Shown piece after piece: positions 30,926 to 40,685 of a DNA stretch of 64,000 nucleotides. How positions within the stretch are numbered: position 1 is the first letter of the stretch; each line of letters starts with the position of its first letter. The notes below the pieces were generated by a model, which was given only the letters and a program-made list of their open reading frames with translations, had not been told where the DNA came from and ran no database searches. Position numbers and translations under genes: made by a program. Source of the stretch: Polyangiaceae bacterium (GTDB taxonomy: Bacteria; Myxococcota_A; Polyangia; Polyangiales; Polyangiaceae). The DNA lies in assembly GCA_035063585.1 (NCBI GenBank), contig JAPSGB010000015.1, positions 1 to 64,000 on the forward strand, read 5' to 3'.

Positions 30926-32332
30926 ATGGCAACCGCGATGGGCGCTCGCATCTTGGTGGTCGATGATAGCCCCACCATCCGCAAGGTGGTCTCGGCCATC
31001 CTCGACGCGCACGCCTATCAGCCGGTGACCGCGGAGGACGGCCAGCGCGCGCTCGAGGTCCTGGACGGCGGCGAGCAGGTCGATCTCATCTTGCTCGACT
31101 TCGTGATGCCGCGCATGAACGGCTACCAATTCTGCCGCGAGCTGCGCTCGAAGCCCTCCCTCAAGCATCTCCCGGTCGTGCTGATGAGCGCGAAGGGCGA
31201 CAAGATCCGCGGCCAGTTCGTCCAGCAGACGGGCGCCGTGGACGCCATCACCAAGCCCTTCGACGCGCGCGGATTGGTCGCCGTGGTGGAGGGTGCCCTG
31301 AAGCGGCAGGAGGAGGGGCGCGCGCGGCCGGTCCCCGAGGCCGCCGCGATGCCCGACGAAGACGCGCTCGAGAGCATCCGCCCGAGCTCGGTGAGCGTCG
31401 CGTCGGACCCGGCGTATCAGCGCGCGCGCGCCGTGCTCGAGATCGGCGCGAGCCTCGGCAAGACGCTCGCGCAGGAGCTGATCCGGCTGCCGGAGATCCC
31501 CTCGAGCGCCGAGGGCGCCGTCAGCGACTCGATCCAACGCGCGCTCACCACCGGAGCCCTCCGGGAGCTCTTGCCGCACCTCGAAGCGTTCGTGCGGGGC
31601 GAGTCCAGCGTGTCGGTGCTCTCGGGGGACACCGCGGTGATCTCCATCGCGGAGGTGCTCCAGCTCCTCCACCTGCAACGGCAGTCCGGCGCGCTCAGCG
31701 TCACCACCCGTCGCTCCGGGATCACGCTCTACCTCCGCGAAGGCCAGCTCGATTTTGCCAGCTCCCACGGGCTGCGCGACGAGTTCCTGCTCGGACGCTA
31801 CCTGGTCGAGGACGGCGTGCTCACCCGGGAAGCGCTCCTCGAGTTGGTGGCGGACACGGGCGAGGACCGCCCGCTCCTCGGCGAGCTGGTGAAGGGAGCC
31901 GGCCTCGCCACCGAGGCCCAGCTCCGCCACGCCCTCGTGCGGCAGACCTCGGAGCTCGTCTACGAGGTGGTCCGCTGGAAGCATGGACGCTTCGCCTTCA
32001 TGGTGAGCGAGCTGTCTCCGGCAGCAGAGCGGGCCGCGCTCGGGCTCGCTCCGAACGCCCTCATCATGGAAGGTTTCCGGCGCGTGGACGAGTGGCGCCT
32101 CATCGAGGGCTCGTTCGATTTCGACGAGATCCTGCTCCGCGACGAGGTCGCCATCGATCGCCTCGCGTCGGAGGCCAAGCTCACCAAGCAAGAGCGCCTG
32201 CTCCTCGACGCCATCGACGGCGAGCGCACCGTGCGCGAGATCGTGGACGAGCTCGATCTCAGCTCCTTCGAGGCCTGTAAGTTCCTGTATCAGTTTCTCA
32301 ACTCGCGCCTGGTGCGGCGCAAGGCGGCGTGA
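30926..32332 (+). CDS. Response regulator: REC plus DUF4388 (PatA-N-like) domain
   Basis: ILVVDDS, LILLDFVMP, TKPF receiver; LSGD..SIAEVLQLLHLQRQSGAL and LIMEGFRRVDEW. Alternative start 30938. Confidence 0.9.
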   Translation: MATAMGARILVVDDSPTIRKVVSAILDAHAYQPVTAEDGQRALEVLDGGEQVDLILLDFVMPRMNGYQFCRELRSKPSLKHLPVVLMSAKGDKIRGQFVQQTGAVDAITKPFDARGLVAVVEGALKRQEEGRARPVPEAAAMPDEDALESIRPSSVSVASDPAYQRARAVLEIGASLGKTLAQELIRLPEIPSSAEGAVSDSIQRALTTGALRELLPHLEAFVRGESSVSVLSGDTAVISIAEVLQLLHLQRQSGALSVTTRRSGITLYLREGQLDFASSHGLRDEFLLGRYLVEDGVLTREALLELVADTGEDRPLLGELVKGAGLATEAQLRHALVRQTSELVYEVVRWKHGRFAFMVSELSPAAERAALGLAPNALIMEGFRRVDEWRLIEGSFDFDEILLRDEVAIDRLASEAKLTKQERLLLDAIDGERTVREIVDELDLSSFEACKFLYQFLNSRLVRRKAA

Positions 32333-32418
32333 TGAGCGAAGCCCGAGCCGGCGTGGTGGGCGGCGCGACGGGCGCGCTCCTCGGCGGGCGCAGGCTCGCG
32401 GCCGGCGGCGACGAGTGA
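32332..32418 (+). CDS. 28-aa mini-ORF overlapping both neighbours (possible remnant)
   Basis: TGATG overlap upstream and GTGA overlap downstream: MSEARAGVVGGATGALLGGRRLAAGGDE. Confidence 0.35.
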   Translation: MSEARAGVVGGATGALLGGRRLAAGGDE

Positions 32419-33761
32419 CCGGGCCCGGCGACGAGCTGAATCGGCTGCTCGCCGAGGAGATCACGCGCCGGCTCCCGGCGCTCGAAGCCGAGGCCTCGCA
32501 AGCGAGCGCGCGCGACGCGCTCGGCTCCCTGAAGAGCGCCGCGGCCTTGGCGCGCCACCATGAGCTCGCGCTGGTGCTCACCCAGCTCGACGCGCGGCTC
32601 CGGGCCGGCGACGACAGCGCCCGCGAGGCGGCTCGCTCGCTGCTCCGCGACGTCCCGGCGCGCCTCGCGCGCGGCGAGCCCCCGTTCGAGACCGCGTGGC
32701 CGGTGCCGCCCCCCGGGCTCGAGCCGTCTCAGCCCGATCCGCGCTATCGCGACGAGTATCTCGCCGCCATGCGCGACCGCCTCGCTGAGCTCGACGCGAT
32801 CCTCGCGAGCGACCAAGCTCCCGAGGACGCGCTCACGCACGCTTATCGGAGCGCGCACGCCATGAAGGGCGCGGTGAGCGCCGCCGGTGACGACACCATG
32901 GCGTGGTACTGCCACGGGCTCGAGGCGTGGCTCAAGGCCGCGAGGGCGGCGGAGTCCGCGGCGCCGGCGCTGATCACCGAGCTCCCGCGACACCGCGGCG
33001 CGCTCTCGCTCTTGCTCGAGCGCCCTCGGGACGCCCTCGCCACCCTGCGAGCGGCCGCGGACCCCGCCGAGCCTCATCACGACGCGCCCCCTCGCAGCGA
33101 GCCCGCACCGGCGAGCCCTCCGCTCCCGGAGCCGCCGCGCACGGACGAGGCGGACGAGCCCCTGCGCGCCACGCTCGAACGCGTGAGCGCGAGCTGGCTG
33201 TTCGAGCGGGTCGCGCACGGCACCTACCAGCTCGCCGCACGCGGGGAGCGCTCCGTCACCATCCTCATGTGCGGCGGGGACACCCCGGTCGACCGGCACG
33301 TCGCCGCGCGACTCCTCGATCCGCTCATGCAGCTCGTCCGTAACGCCCTCGCGCACGGCGTCGAACCGATCGACGAGCGGCGGCGCGCCGGAAAGCCGCC
33401 GCTCGGGACCATCGCGCTCCATGCCGAGCGCCGTGGCCACCAGCTCCGGCTGACGGTCGAGGACGACGGTCGCGGCGTGGACCTCGCTCGCGTTCGCGAG
33501 CTCGCGGTTCGGTCGGGCGCGCTCACCCGAGAGGGCGCCAGCGTCCTTCATGATGACGAGCTCCTCGCTCTGCTGTTCACGCCCGGGATCACCACCCGCG
33601 AGGGCGCAGACTTGCTGGCGGGGCGCGGCGTCGGGCTCGACTTGGCGCAACACGCGGTTCGCCGCCTCGGCGGCGCGATTCAGCTCCGGCTCCGCACGGG
33701 TGGCGGCCTCCAGGCGACCATCGAGCTCCCGAGCGAGCACGGCAGCGGGAAGCTCCGCTGA
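32415..33761 (+). CDS. CheA-like histidine kinase (pseudo-Hpt, Hpt, HATPase); no CheW domain
   Basis: AHAMKG Hpt, DPLMQLVRNALAHG N-box, VEDDGRG G1, LFTPG F-box, GRGVGL G2; ends shortly after TIELP. Confidence 0.85.
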   Translation: MTGPGDELNRLLAEEITRRLPALEAEASQASARDALGSLKSAAALARHHELALVLTQLDARLRAGDDSAREAARSLLRDVPARLARGEPPFETAWPVPPPGLEPSQPDPRYRDEYLAAMRDRLAELDAILASDQAPEDALTHAYRSAHAMKGAVSAAGDDTMAWYCHGLEAWLKAARAAESAAPALITELPRHRGALSLLLERPRDALATLRAAADPAEPHHDAPPRSEPAPASPPLPEPPRTDEADEPLRATLERVSASWLFERVAHGTYQLAARGERSVTILMCGGDTPVDRHVAARLLDPLMQLVRNALAHGVEPIDERRRAGKPPLGTIALHAERRGHQLRLTVEDDGRGVDLARVRELAVRSGALTREGASVLHDDELLALLFTPGITTREGADLLAGRGVGLDLAQHAVRRLGGAIQLRLRTGGGLQATIELPSEHGSGKLR

Positions 33762-33867
33762 CCTGCACTGTCCCCGTCTTCTCAAGACACTTGCGCACGC
33801 GGGAAATGGGGTGGTCATCGTGCGTAGTGCCGGGTACCGCGTCGCTCGCCGCCGCACCCTGCCGTAG

Positions 33868-34197
33868 CTATTGTCCGGCGTCGCGTGCCCGAGTGCTGGC
33901 GGTGTGTCGAACAGACTCCTCGATCTTCACCTGACAGAGCGCCTGTTGCGCTTGAAGGCGGAGCTGGAAGCCTTTCTCGATGCCACCGGCGACGCCGACG
34001 GCTACGCCGAAACCGCCTGCGATGAGAGCGCCCAGAACTGCCATGCCAAGGTCGCCCGCCATGAAGCCCACTGCACCGCCGCCTATGGCGCCGAAGAGCA
34101 GACCGACGGCTGCGTAGAGGACCGCGATCGCTGTCGCCCGAGAATACAATCGCTCTGCGAACTCGTAGATGACGGACGGGTCGTACTCGACGGCCAT
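33868..34197 (-). CDS. Small Gly-rich two-TM hypothetical protein
   Basis: 109-aa ORF with AGGAGG RBS and two hydrophobic Gly-zipper-like helices. Confidence 0.7.
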   Translation of the reverse strand: MAVEYDPSVIYEFAERLYSRATAIAVLYAAVGLLFGAIGGGAVGFMAGDLGMAVLGALIAGGFGVAVGVAGGIEKGFQLRLQAQQALCQVKIEESVRHTASTRARDAGQ

Positions 34198-34485
34198 GAT
34201 CCCTCCTGGCGTCGCCGCTGGAACCGACTTGGTAGAATTCGCCTCGCCCGATGGGCTGGGCTCCAGTTTGAGCGTGCGCCCGGTGCAGCGAGCCCGTCAA
34301 CTCCGTTCCAACGAACGCGCGAAGCGAGCGCCGTGTCCGATCGGCAGTGAATTCGCGTTCTGTCAATCCAGATGACGCAAACAGAATGGGTAGCTCCCGA
34401 CAGCAGCCCACCGCCGTCCTCCGCGGGCGTCGCTCGAACGTGGTGCGGACGGCTGCCGGCGTCGCTCGATCCGCGGCGGACGCCC

Positions 34486-35595
34486 CTACGGCCCGAGCGC
34501 GATCATGTCGTCGTAGTCGAACCCCGCGTTGCCGTGGAAGCAGCGGCGCCCGGTGAACTGCGCGGTCATCGTCGCCCACGCCGCGTTCATCGCGCCCCAG
34601 CCCTCCTCGTGGAAGGTGAGCGCCTGGTCCGCCGGGCTCGCCCCCTCGTCCTTCGCGTCCGACAGCGAGAGCACCTCGCGCTCGCCCCCCGCGTACGCGC
34701 ACGCGATGTCCATCTCGCCAGTCGCCCGGCTCACCATCTGCGACGGCGAGTCAGTGTAGTTCATCAAGTAGAGGCGCTGCACCCCCGCGTCCAGGATCGC
34801 CTCCACGAACGTCTTGCCGCCGATCTCGTACGCGGCCCCGTCGTACCAGTTCGTCACGGCCGCCGCGAGCGGGACGCTCCCCGCGAGCGCCGCGTGGACG
34901 TTCGCGAGACCGGTCAAGTAGTCGGTCGTGGCCGCCGCGCGATCGGACGACCACTCCGGGAAGATGTGCGGCTCGTAGTCCACGTTGAACGCAGACAGGC
35001 AGGCCGGCTCGCTCCCCGACGGGCAGTAGGCCTGCTGGTATCCGGCTGCGGCGGCGGCGTACGTGGCGAGGTCGTCGGCGCTCGCGCGTAGCGTGTAGCC
35101 GGTGAGTCGCGCGTTGATCATGGCCTCCACGTCGATTCCGCGGCTGTGACAGTCTTCGACGAACGTGCGAAGCCCCGCCTTATCGCTCTTCAGCATTGCG
35201 CGCGCCTCGAGGATGACGCGGTTCATCTGCTTGGCGGCGAGTTGCTGAAAGAACGCGCTGCGCGTAGCCGACCCGGTCGGCGCGCTCGCGACCGTGTGCC
35301 CATACTCGCTCGTCCACATGCCGCGAACGGCGGGTGCGGCGCCGGAGTCCTGCGCGGCGTCGACTGGCGCGTCGTGCTCGGCATCCGTCACCGTGTCCTC
35401 CGGGGCGTCCGCCGCGACATCCACCATCGCGTCAACCGTGGTTTCCGGCGCGTCCGCCAGCGCGTCCACGAGCGAGCCCGCGTCCGGCGGGCCGCCGTCG
35501 CGCGCGTCGTCGCCCGGGCCCGACGCGCAGGCACCGAGCGCGCAGGCGGCGATGAGCGACGCGCAGAGACAAAGGAATCCTCGCATCGGTCGCAT
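34486..35595 (-). CDS. Lipoprotein with putative glycoside-hydrolase-like TIM-barrel domain
   Basis: LGAC lipobox, DA-rich linker, then VRGMW, CHSRGIDVEAMI, NVDYEPH and LYLMNY. Confidence 0.65.
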   Translation of the reverse strand: MRPMRGFLCLCASLIAACALGACASGPGDDARDGGPPDAGSLVDALADAPETTVDAMVDVAADAPEDTVTDAEHDAPVDAAQDSGAAPAVRGMWTSEYGHTVASAPTGSATRSAFFQQLAAKQMNRVILEARAMLKSDKAGLRTFVEDCHSRGIDVEAMINARLTGYTLRASADDLATYAAAAAGYQQAYCPSGSEPACLSAFNVDYEPHIFPEWSSDRAAATTDYLTGLANVHAALAGSVPLAAAVTNWYDGAAYEIGGKTFVEAILDAGVQRLYLMNYTDSPSQMVSRATGEMDIACAYAGGEREVLSLSDAKDEGASPADQALTFHEEGWGAMNAAWATMTAQFTGRRCFHGNAGFDYDDMIALGP

Positions 35596-35699
35596 GAATG
35601 TCCCACTGACGCCTCCCGGCCACAACTGTCGGGTCGCGTCGCGCCGCGGTCAGGGGTGCAGTGCATGCTCGATGGCCGTGTCGGCTCCACGAAGAGGGC

Positions 35700-35990
35700 C
35701 CCGAGCTCTACGTCGGACAGCTCGATCGTGACGGTCGCCTGAACTCGTCGGCGGGGCTGGTCGAGGTTCCTGCCGGCGCGCCGAGCTCGGTCGCGCTCGA
35801 CTGCGAGAGCGACCGCTGCCGCGTGGCGGTCGGCGTCGACACGCGCGCCGCGTCGCCGGCCGCGCCGCCCACGCAAGAAGAGGCCGCCTGGCGAACCTGG
35901 GGGCCCATCGACGTCGATCAGGGGAGGACGGCGAGTTACGGCGCGCCCCGCGAACGCGCTGCCGCGCGGAGACGGCCTTCTACGCGCTCT
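35700..35990 (+). pseudogene. Probable orphan gene fragment
   Basis: Coding-like stretch (ELYVGQLDRDG..VALDCESDRCRVAV) with no credible start; frame runs into the convergent gene. Confidence 0.3.
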
Positions 35991-36063
35991 GACGCACTCT
36001 CGCTTCTTGCGGATCAAGGGGAGTCGAGGAGCTATCCCTACCAAGAATCATATCGGCTACCCG

Positions 36064-37422
36064 CTAGGGGGTCCTGGCGCAACGGCCCCCGAGCGCGCGG
36101 CTACGATACGACGGGTTGTAGTCGAAGCGGTACGGGGAGAGCAGGACCGACGCGATATCGTGGAAGTCGCCGCCGAGGACCACCCGGGAGGAGGCCGGCG
36201 TAGTGTGAGCACAGTCATTACACGAAACATCATAAGCATTCGCGCGCCAATCGAGCCGCCACTCCCAGACGTTACCCGCCAGGTCCTGCTGGCCCCACTT
36301 CCCTGCGCCGTTCGGCGCCGAGCCCACCGGAGCGATGTTCGTCACGCCCGTGCAGCTCCCTGAGCCATTGTAGTAGCAGCCGTAGATGGCGAGGTCCGCG
36401 TTGGCGCCGGGGTCGTTGCTCCCCCAAGGGTACTTCCGCTGCTCACTCCCGCCCGACGCCGCGTAGTGCGACTCTGCCTCGCTCGGCAAGAACCCGCCGT
36501 CCCAAATGCAGAACGCGTAGAGCTCGGACCAGCTCGCGCAGTTGATGGGACGATTCTCGTTCCCGCCGGCTGACGGCGTCCAGGTCTGATAGTCCGGATC
36601 GCACGCGAGGTTCGTGTCCCAATCGACGGTCGACTGCGCGAGCCCACTCGACCAGCTCGCGTCCCAGCCCGGTTCATTACCGCCGCCAGCCCCGCTGTTC
36701 ACGAGACCCAGGCCACCGTTCAAGTGCATGTGCTTGCCAGCTCCCGCCACCGGACGCCATCCGCCAACCCACGCCTCCACGAACTTCCGGAAACGGCCGA
36801 CGGTGACCTCGTACTTGTCCAGCCGGAAATCAGCCACGGTCGCTGGGTAGTTCTTGGTCCAGTAGTCGCCCGTCGGGGGATCGGTGTAGTCCCGGTAAAA
36901 TGTCCCACCCTTCACCGACAGCGAGGTGCAGCAGCTCTCGTTACCGCCCGTGCCGCAGTTCGTCCGCCCGCCGCCGTCGACCGCGCAGCTCGGCTGACTG
37001 ACGCACGCGCCGGCATAGCAGCTCGGCGTCGCTCCCGCGCACGCGCTCCCGCTCTCCCACGCCCCGCTCGACGAGCACGTCTGCGGCGTGCTCCCCGAGC
37101 ACTGTTTCGCGCCGGGCGTGCACGACCCCGCGCCGCTGCTCCCCGCGGCGCCGGCCGCGCCGCCCTGGCCCCCAGCACCTCCTCCACCGCTCGTCGCGCC
37201 TGCCCCCGCGCTGCCGCCACCGCCGGTCGCGCCTGCCCCCGCGCTGCCGCCACCGCCGGTCGCGCCTGCCCCTGCGCTGCCGCCACCGCCGGTCGCGCCC
37301 GCCCCCGCGCCGCCGCCGCTGCTCGGCGTGCCGCCTTCATTCGACGACCCGGAACAGCCGCCGGCCGCCGCCAGCATCCCGAGCGCGCCGATCACCGCCA
37401 GCCACTGTCCCCGAATTTTCAT
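36064..37422 (-). CDS. Lipoprotein with formylglycine-generating-enzyme (SUMF1)-like domain
   Basis: AGGC lipobox, Gly repeats, FRLDKYEVTVGRF, LPSEAE, YPWG, DLAGNVWEW, GGRCAR. Confidence 0.9.
   Translation of the reverse strand: MKIRGQWLAVIGALGMLAAAGGCSGSSNEGGTPSSGGGAGAGATGGGGSAGAGATGGGGSAGAGATGGGGSAGAGATSGGGGAGGQGGAAGAAGSSGAGSCTPGAKQCSGSTPQTCSSSGAWESGSACAGATPSCYAGACVSQPSCAVDGGGRTNCGTGGNESCCTSLSVKGGTFYRDYTDPPTGDYWTKNYPATVADFRLDKYEVTVGRFRKFVEAWVGGWRPVAGAGKHMHLNGGLGLVNSGAGGGNEPGWDASWSSGLAQSTVDWDTNLACDPDYQTWTPSAGGNENRPINCASWSELYAFCIWDGGFLPSEAESHYAASGGSEQRKYPWGSNDPGANADLAIYGCYYNGSGSCTGVTNIAPVGSAPNGAGKWGQQDLAGNVWEWRLDWRANAYDVSCNDCAHTTPASSRVVLGGDFHDIASVLLSPYRFDYNPSYRSRALGGRCARTP
37193..37318 (-). 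repeat. 33-bp coding tandem repeat (GGGGSAGAGAT), 3-4 copies
   Basis: Directly visible. Confidence 0.9.
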
Positions 37423-37853
37423 CGCCGCTACTCCTGCGAGGCCGGTCGCCCCGTAACGTCGATGAGGAAGAGCGCCGGCGGCACCGGGCCGCGGAGCTTC
37501 CTCTCACCCGCTCCACGGCGCGATGCTAGCCGGATTCGAGGAGCCTAGCTCGGAAATGTCCGCGCGCTGGGGCGGCGGGTGACCGGATGACGTGACGGGC
37601 GGCGCGAGGAGACGCGGAGCTCAGGGGAGCGTGGAGTGGCGGGGGCGGTCCCGCGCGTTCCAGCGTGACGGAGCGACGGCCGTGACGGAGCGACGTGAGC
37701 TGCCGACAGATGCCGAAAGCCCCGACGGGACACCGCTGCCCCGGTCGCCCGTAGGCGAGCTAGCGAACGACAATTACATCTCCCCGTCGACGACAACTAG
37801 ATCGCCCCATCCTGGGCTACGCGCCGTCGCGTGCTCCATGATAGCGTTGCCCC

Positions 37854-39368
37854 ATGCGGGGCGGCTATCGGGCCTGGTCGGTCGCGGCGTTGATCGCCGT
37901 GGTGGGGATCGGATGCGACGGGGGAGACACGGTCAAGCGGCGCGGACAGCTCGCCGACGCCTCGACGTACGAGGCCTCGGTGGACGGCGCCTCGGAGGAG
38001 GACGGCTCGCCAGACGCCGCCCCGGCGGACGCGGCCTTGCCCGATGGCGCCGCCCCGGCGGACGCGGCCTTGCCCGATGGCGCCGCCCCGGCGGACGCCG
38101 CCTTGCCCGATGGCGGCGCCCCGGCGGACGCCGCCTTGCCCGATGGCGCCGCCCCGGCGGACGCCACCTTGCCCGATGGCGGCGCCCCGGCGGACGCCGC
38201 CTTGCCCGATGGCGGCGCCCCGGCGGACGCCGCCTTGCCCGATGGCGGCGCAGACGCGGGGGTCGTGAGCTGTCCGGATGGGTTCGCCGATTGCGACGCG
38301 GATCCGACGACGTGCGAGACGGACGTCCGCGCCGATGCGCTGAACTGCGGCCGCTGCGGGCGGGCGTGTGGTGGCACGGCCGCGTGCGCCAACCGTCTCT
38401 GCGCTGCGACGACGATCCTCGACCCTTCGCCCGTGTACGGCAATTGGTGCGCCTGGGCGTTCACCAGCACCGAGGCCTACATGATCAACTGCTGGGGGAA
38501 CAACGTGCTATCCGAGGTGCGCAGCGCGCCGCTCGAGCCCGGCGCCAACGTCGCCGGCACCCGCATCCAAGCCTGGACCAACGTGAGCGTCGTAGCGTTG
38601 CGCGGCATCTTCGTCGAAGGCTCCCAGGTCTACTTCGGGCTCGAGGCGAACCCCAGCCACATCTGGACATTCCCTGTGGGCTCGGATGGTCCCGAGGACG
38701 TCACCTCTGCGATGTCGTTCCCGAACGGCGAGCGCTTCGACAGCCTCCAGCACATCGGGGGCGCCTACTACTATATCCACAATACGACGACCGCAGCGGG
38801 GACGTTCGCGCCCGCCACCATCAAGCGTCGCGGCGACGCGGACGCCGGTCCGACCGTGCTGGTCTCGAACCTCGGGCCGAGCGGCAGCTTGCAGGTGACG
38901 GGCACTCATCTCTGGTGGGTGGAGCGCCACGCCGCCGCCAGCACCTCTCAGGCCATCTATCGCGCGCCGCTGGCGGGAGGTGCGGCGGAGCTCGTCGGAT
39001 CCGCCGGCACGGGCACCTACCTGCACCGGCAGGACGACTACATGTACTGGACGGACAACTCCGGCTCGCCCAACGGGCGGATCCGGCGCGCGCAGCACAC
39101 GGCCGCTGGCGTACCCGTCGTCACCGACGTGGTGACCGGGCTCAACGGCCCCGACGGATTCGTGACCGACGCGACCTACGCGTACTTCAAGCAGCACGAC
39201 GACGCGCTCTATCGCGTCCCGCTCGCAGGCGGCGTTCCCGAGCAGCTCTCCCCGCCCGTGCCTGCGCACGACACGCAGTCCCCGATGGTCCTCCACGTCG
39301 ACGACCAGTACGTCTATTTCGCGGCCGGGGGTTTCGGGACGTCTGTCGTCATGCGCGTGGCCAAGTAG
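37854..39368 (+). CDS. Surface lipoprotein: repeat stalk, Cys-rich module, YWTD-like beta-propeller
   Basis: GIGC lipobox, CPDGFADCD..NCGRCGRAC, then HLWW, YMYWTD, YAYF and YVYF blades with YRAPLAGG/YRVPLAGG. Confidence 0.85.
   Translation: MRGGYRAWSVAALIAVVGIGCDGGDTVKRRGQLADASTYEASVDGASEEDGSPDAAPADAALPDGAAPADAALPDGAAPADAALPDGGAPADAALPDGAAPADATLPDGGAPADAALPDGGAPADAALPDGGADAGVVSCPDGFADCDADPTTCETDVRADALNCGRCGRACGGTAACANRLCAATTILDPSPVYGNWCAWAFTSTEAYMINCWGNNVLSEVRSAPLEPGANVAGTRIQAWTNVSVVALRGIFVEGSQVYFGLEANPSHIWTFPVGSDGPEDVTSAMSFPNGERFDSLQHIGGAYYYIHNTTTAAGTFAPATIKRRGDADAGPTVLVSNLGPSGSLQVTGTHLWWVERHAAASTSQAIYRAPLAGGAAELVGSAGTGTYLHRQDDYMYWTDNSGSPNGRIRRAQHTAAGVPVVTDVVTGLNGPDGFVTDATYAYFKQHDDALYRVPLAGGVPEQLSPPVPAHDTQSPMVLHVDDQYVYFAAGGFGTSVVMRVAK
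38013..38250 (+). repeat. 33-bp coding tandem repeat (DAALPDGAAPA), about 7 copies
   Basis: Directly visible. Confidence 0.92.
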
Positions 39369-39699
39369 CGGCGGGCGGCCGGCGGCGACGAGCGTGCGCG
39401 CGCAGCGCCGCGAGCGCGAACACCCGCCGCACGCTGCGCTCGACGAGCCGCGCGGCCTTCCGGTCCGCGACCGTCTCGCTGCTCAGCACCTCGAACGCCA
39501 AGTGCGCGAGCTGCAGGGCGCCCGTCTCGGCGTCCGGTGCGGATGGGTAGATGCTCCCGTCGGGCGCCATGTCGCCCGTCTCCGAGGTGCGCGTGAGCGT
39601 GCCGCTCACCGCGTCGAAGTCTGCGGGCCGATACGCGTTCAGCGACGCAGAGAGCTTCCCTCCGCTTCAAGCTGCCCACGATACTGCCCGGTGCTCACA

Positions 39700-39895
39700 T
39701 TCGACAGCTTCCTCGAGCGTGCGGAGGTTGTCGCGCACGATCTGGAAGAGCGCGCTCCGCAGCGGCCCTTCGCGTCGCCGGGGCTCGAAGAGCAGCCGCT
39801 ACTCCCGCCACTCCACCCGATCTGACAGGGCTGAGGCACGCACGCCAGCATACCGTACCGTATGGAAGCGTGGTGGAGGCACCGACGCGCTGAGC
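39700..39895 (-). pseudogene. IS91-family (Y2) transposase fragments
   Basis: Minus-strand pieces SVPPPRFHTVRYAGV (C-terminal block) and EPRRR..ALFQIVRDNLRTL (N-terminal-like block), in scrambled order. Confidence 0.55.
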
Positions 39896-39960
39896 CAGGT
39901 GAAGAGCGAGAGGCACCCCAAGAATGCGCAGATACCGAGCCCCGAACACCTGCAGCTGCT

Positions 39961-40370
39961 CTAGGTATTCTGACGTAGTCCGTACTGCTCCTCGGTGCCG
40001 AAGCGCAAAATCCCCTTCAACCCGATCGACTGGTGCGCGCCGAGCCTCACGGCGCACGACCCATCGAGCGCGCCGACCCCCTGCATCACGCGCGCGGGCG
40101 CACGCGGACAGTCCGATCCCGCCGTAGGCCTGCGGGACGATCATCCCGACCAGGCCGAGCTGCTTCATCCCGTCGAGCACGTGCTCCGGGAGCCTCCCCT
40201 CGCGATCGATGCGCGCCGCGTCGCCCTCGGCGTCGAAGAACTTGCGGGCGTCGTCAACGATGCCGTGCGCGTTGTAGCGCTCGTCCGCGCTCAGCTCCGG
40301 GTATGGGAAGACTAGCTCCTCGGCGATGATGCCGTGGAAGAGCGAGTTCATGAAGCTCTGCTCGGTCGTG
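39961..40370 (-). pseudogene. Acyl-CoA dehydrogenase (VLCAD/ACAD9-like) N-terminal fragment, frameshifted and truncated
   Basis: SFMNSLFHG..VFPYP..IDREG..VPQAYGGIGLS, then after a frameshift LGAHQSIGLKGILRFGTEEQ and a stop. Confidence 0.8.
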
Positions 40371-40571
40371 GTGCGCCCGTCGTCCCGCGCGCGGCACGCG
40401 GAGGGAAAGCGGGATTCGCCCCGACCAGCGGGTCGGCTCCGCACGAACCCTCGGGACGCCTGGGCAGCCTCGCCGCTCCGAGCGACTGGCAGCGCCCCTT
40501 CGAGCACGCGTGGCCTGTCTCCGCCGCGCGGCCGATCGCGAACTGAGCTTTGGACGGCCGCTTGCGCTCGT

Positions 40572-40597
40572 TGAACGTTCGCGCGACGAGCGGGCAC
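40572..40597 (+). promoter_or_regulatory. Putative ECF promoter TGAACG-N12-GCGGGCAC (copy 1, upstream of TonB-dependent receptor)
   Basis: Same motif and spacing at 45371 and 46852. Confidence 0.75.
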
Positions 40598-40685
40598 GGA
40601 GGGGCGAAGACGACGCTGCGACGTCTCGGTGCGCGCGCTGCCCGCGCCGGCCCGCAGCGCGCCCCGACCGCTCGGAGGATCCACC

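Noticed and set aside
36064..36400. FGE-domain gene as a diversity-generating retroelement target
   Set aside because: No reverse transcriptase and no template repeat of its 3' region in the window; a remote DGR cannot be excluded.
40380..40685. Cobalamin or other riboswitch ahead of the TonB-dependent receptor
   Set aside because: No recognisable B12-box or other aptamer consensus by eye; an Rfam scan would be needed to exclude it fully.
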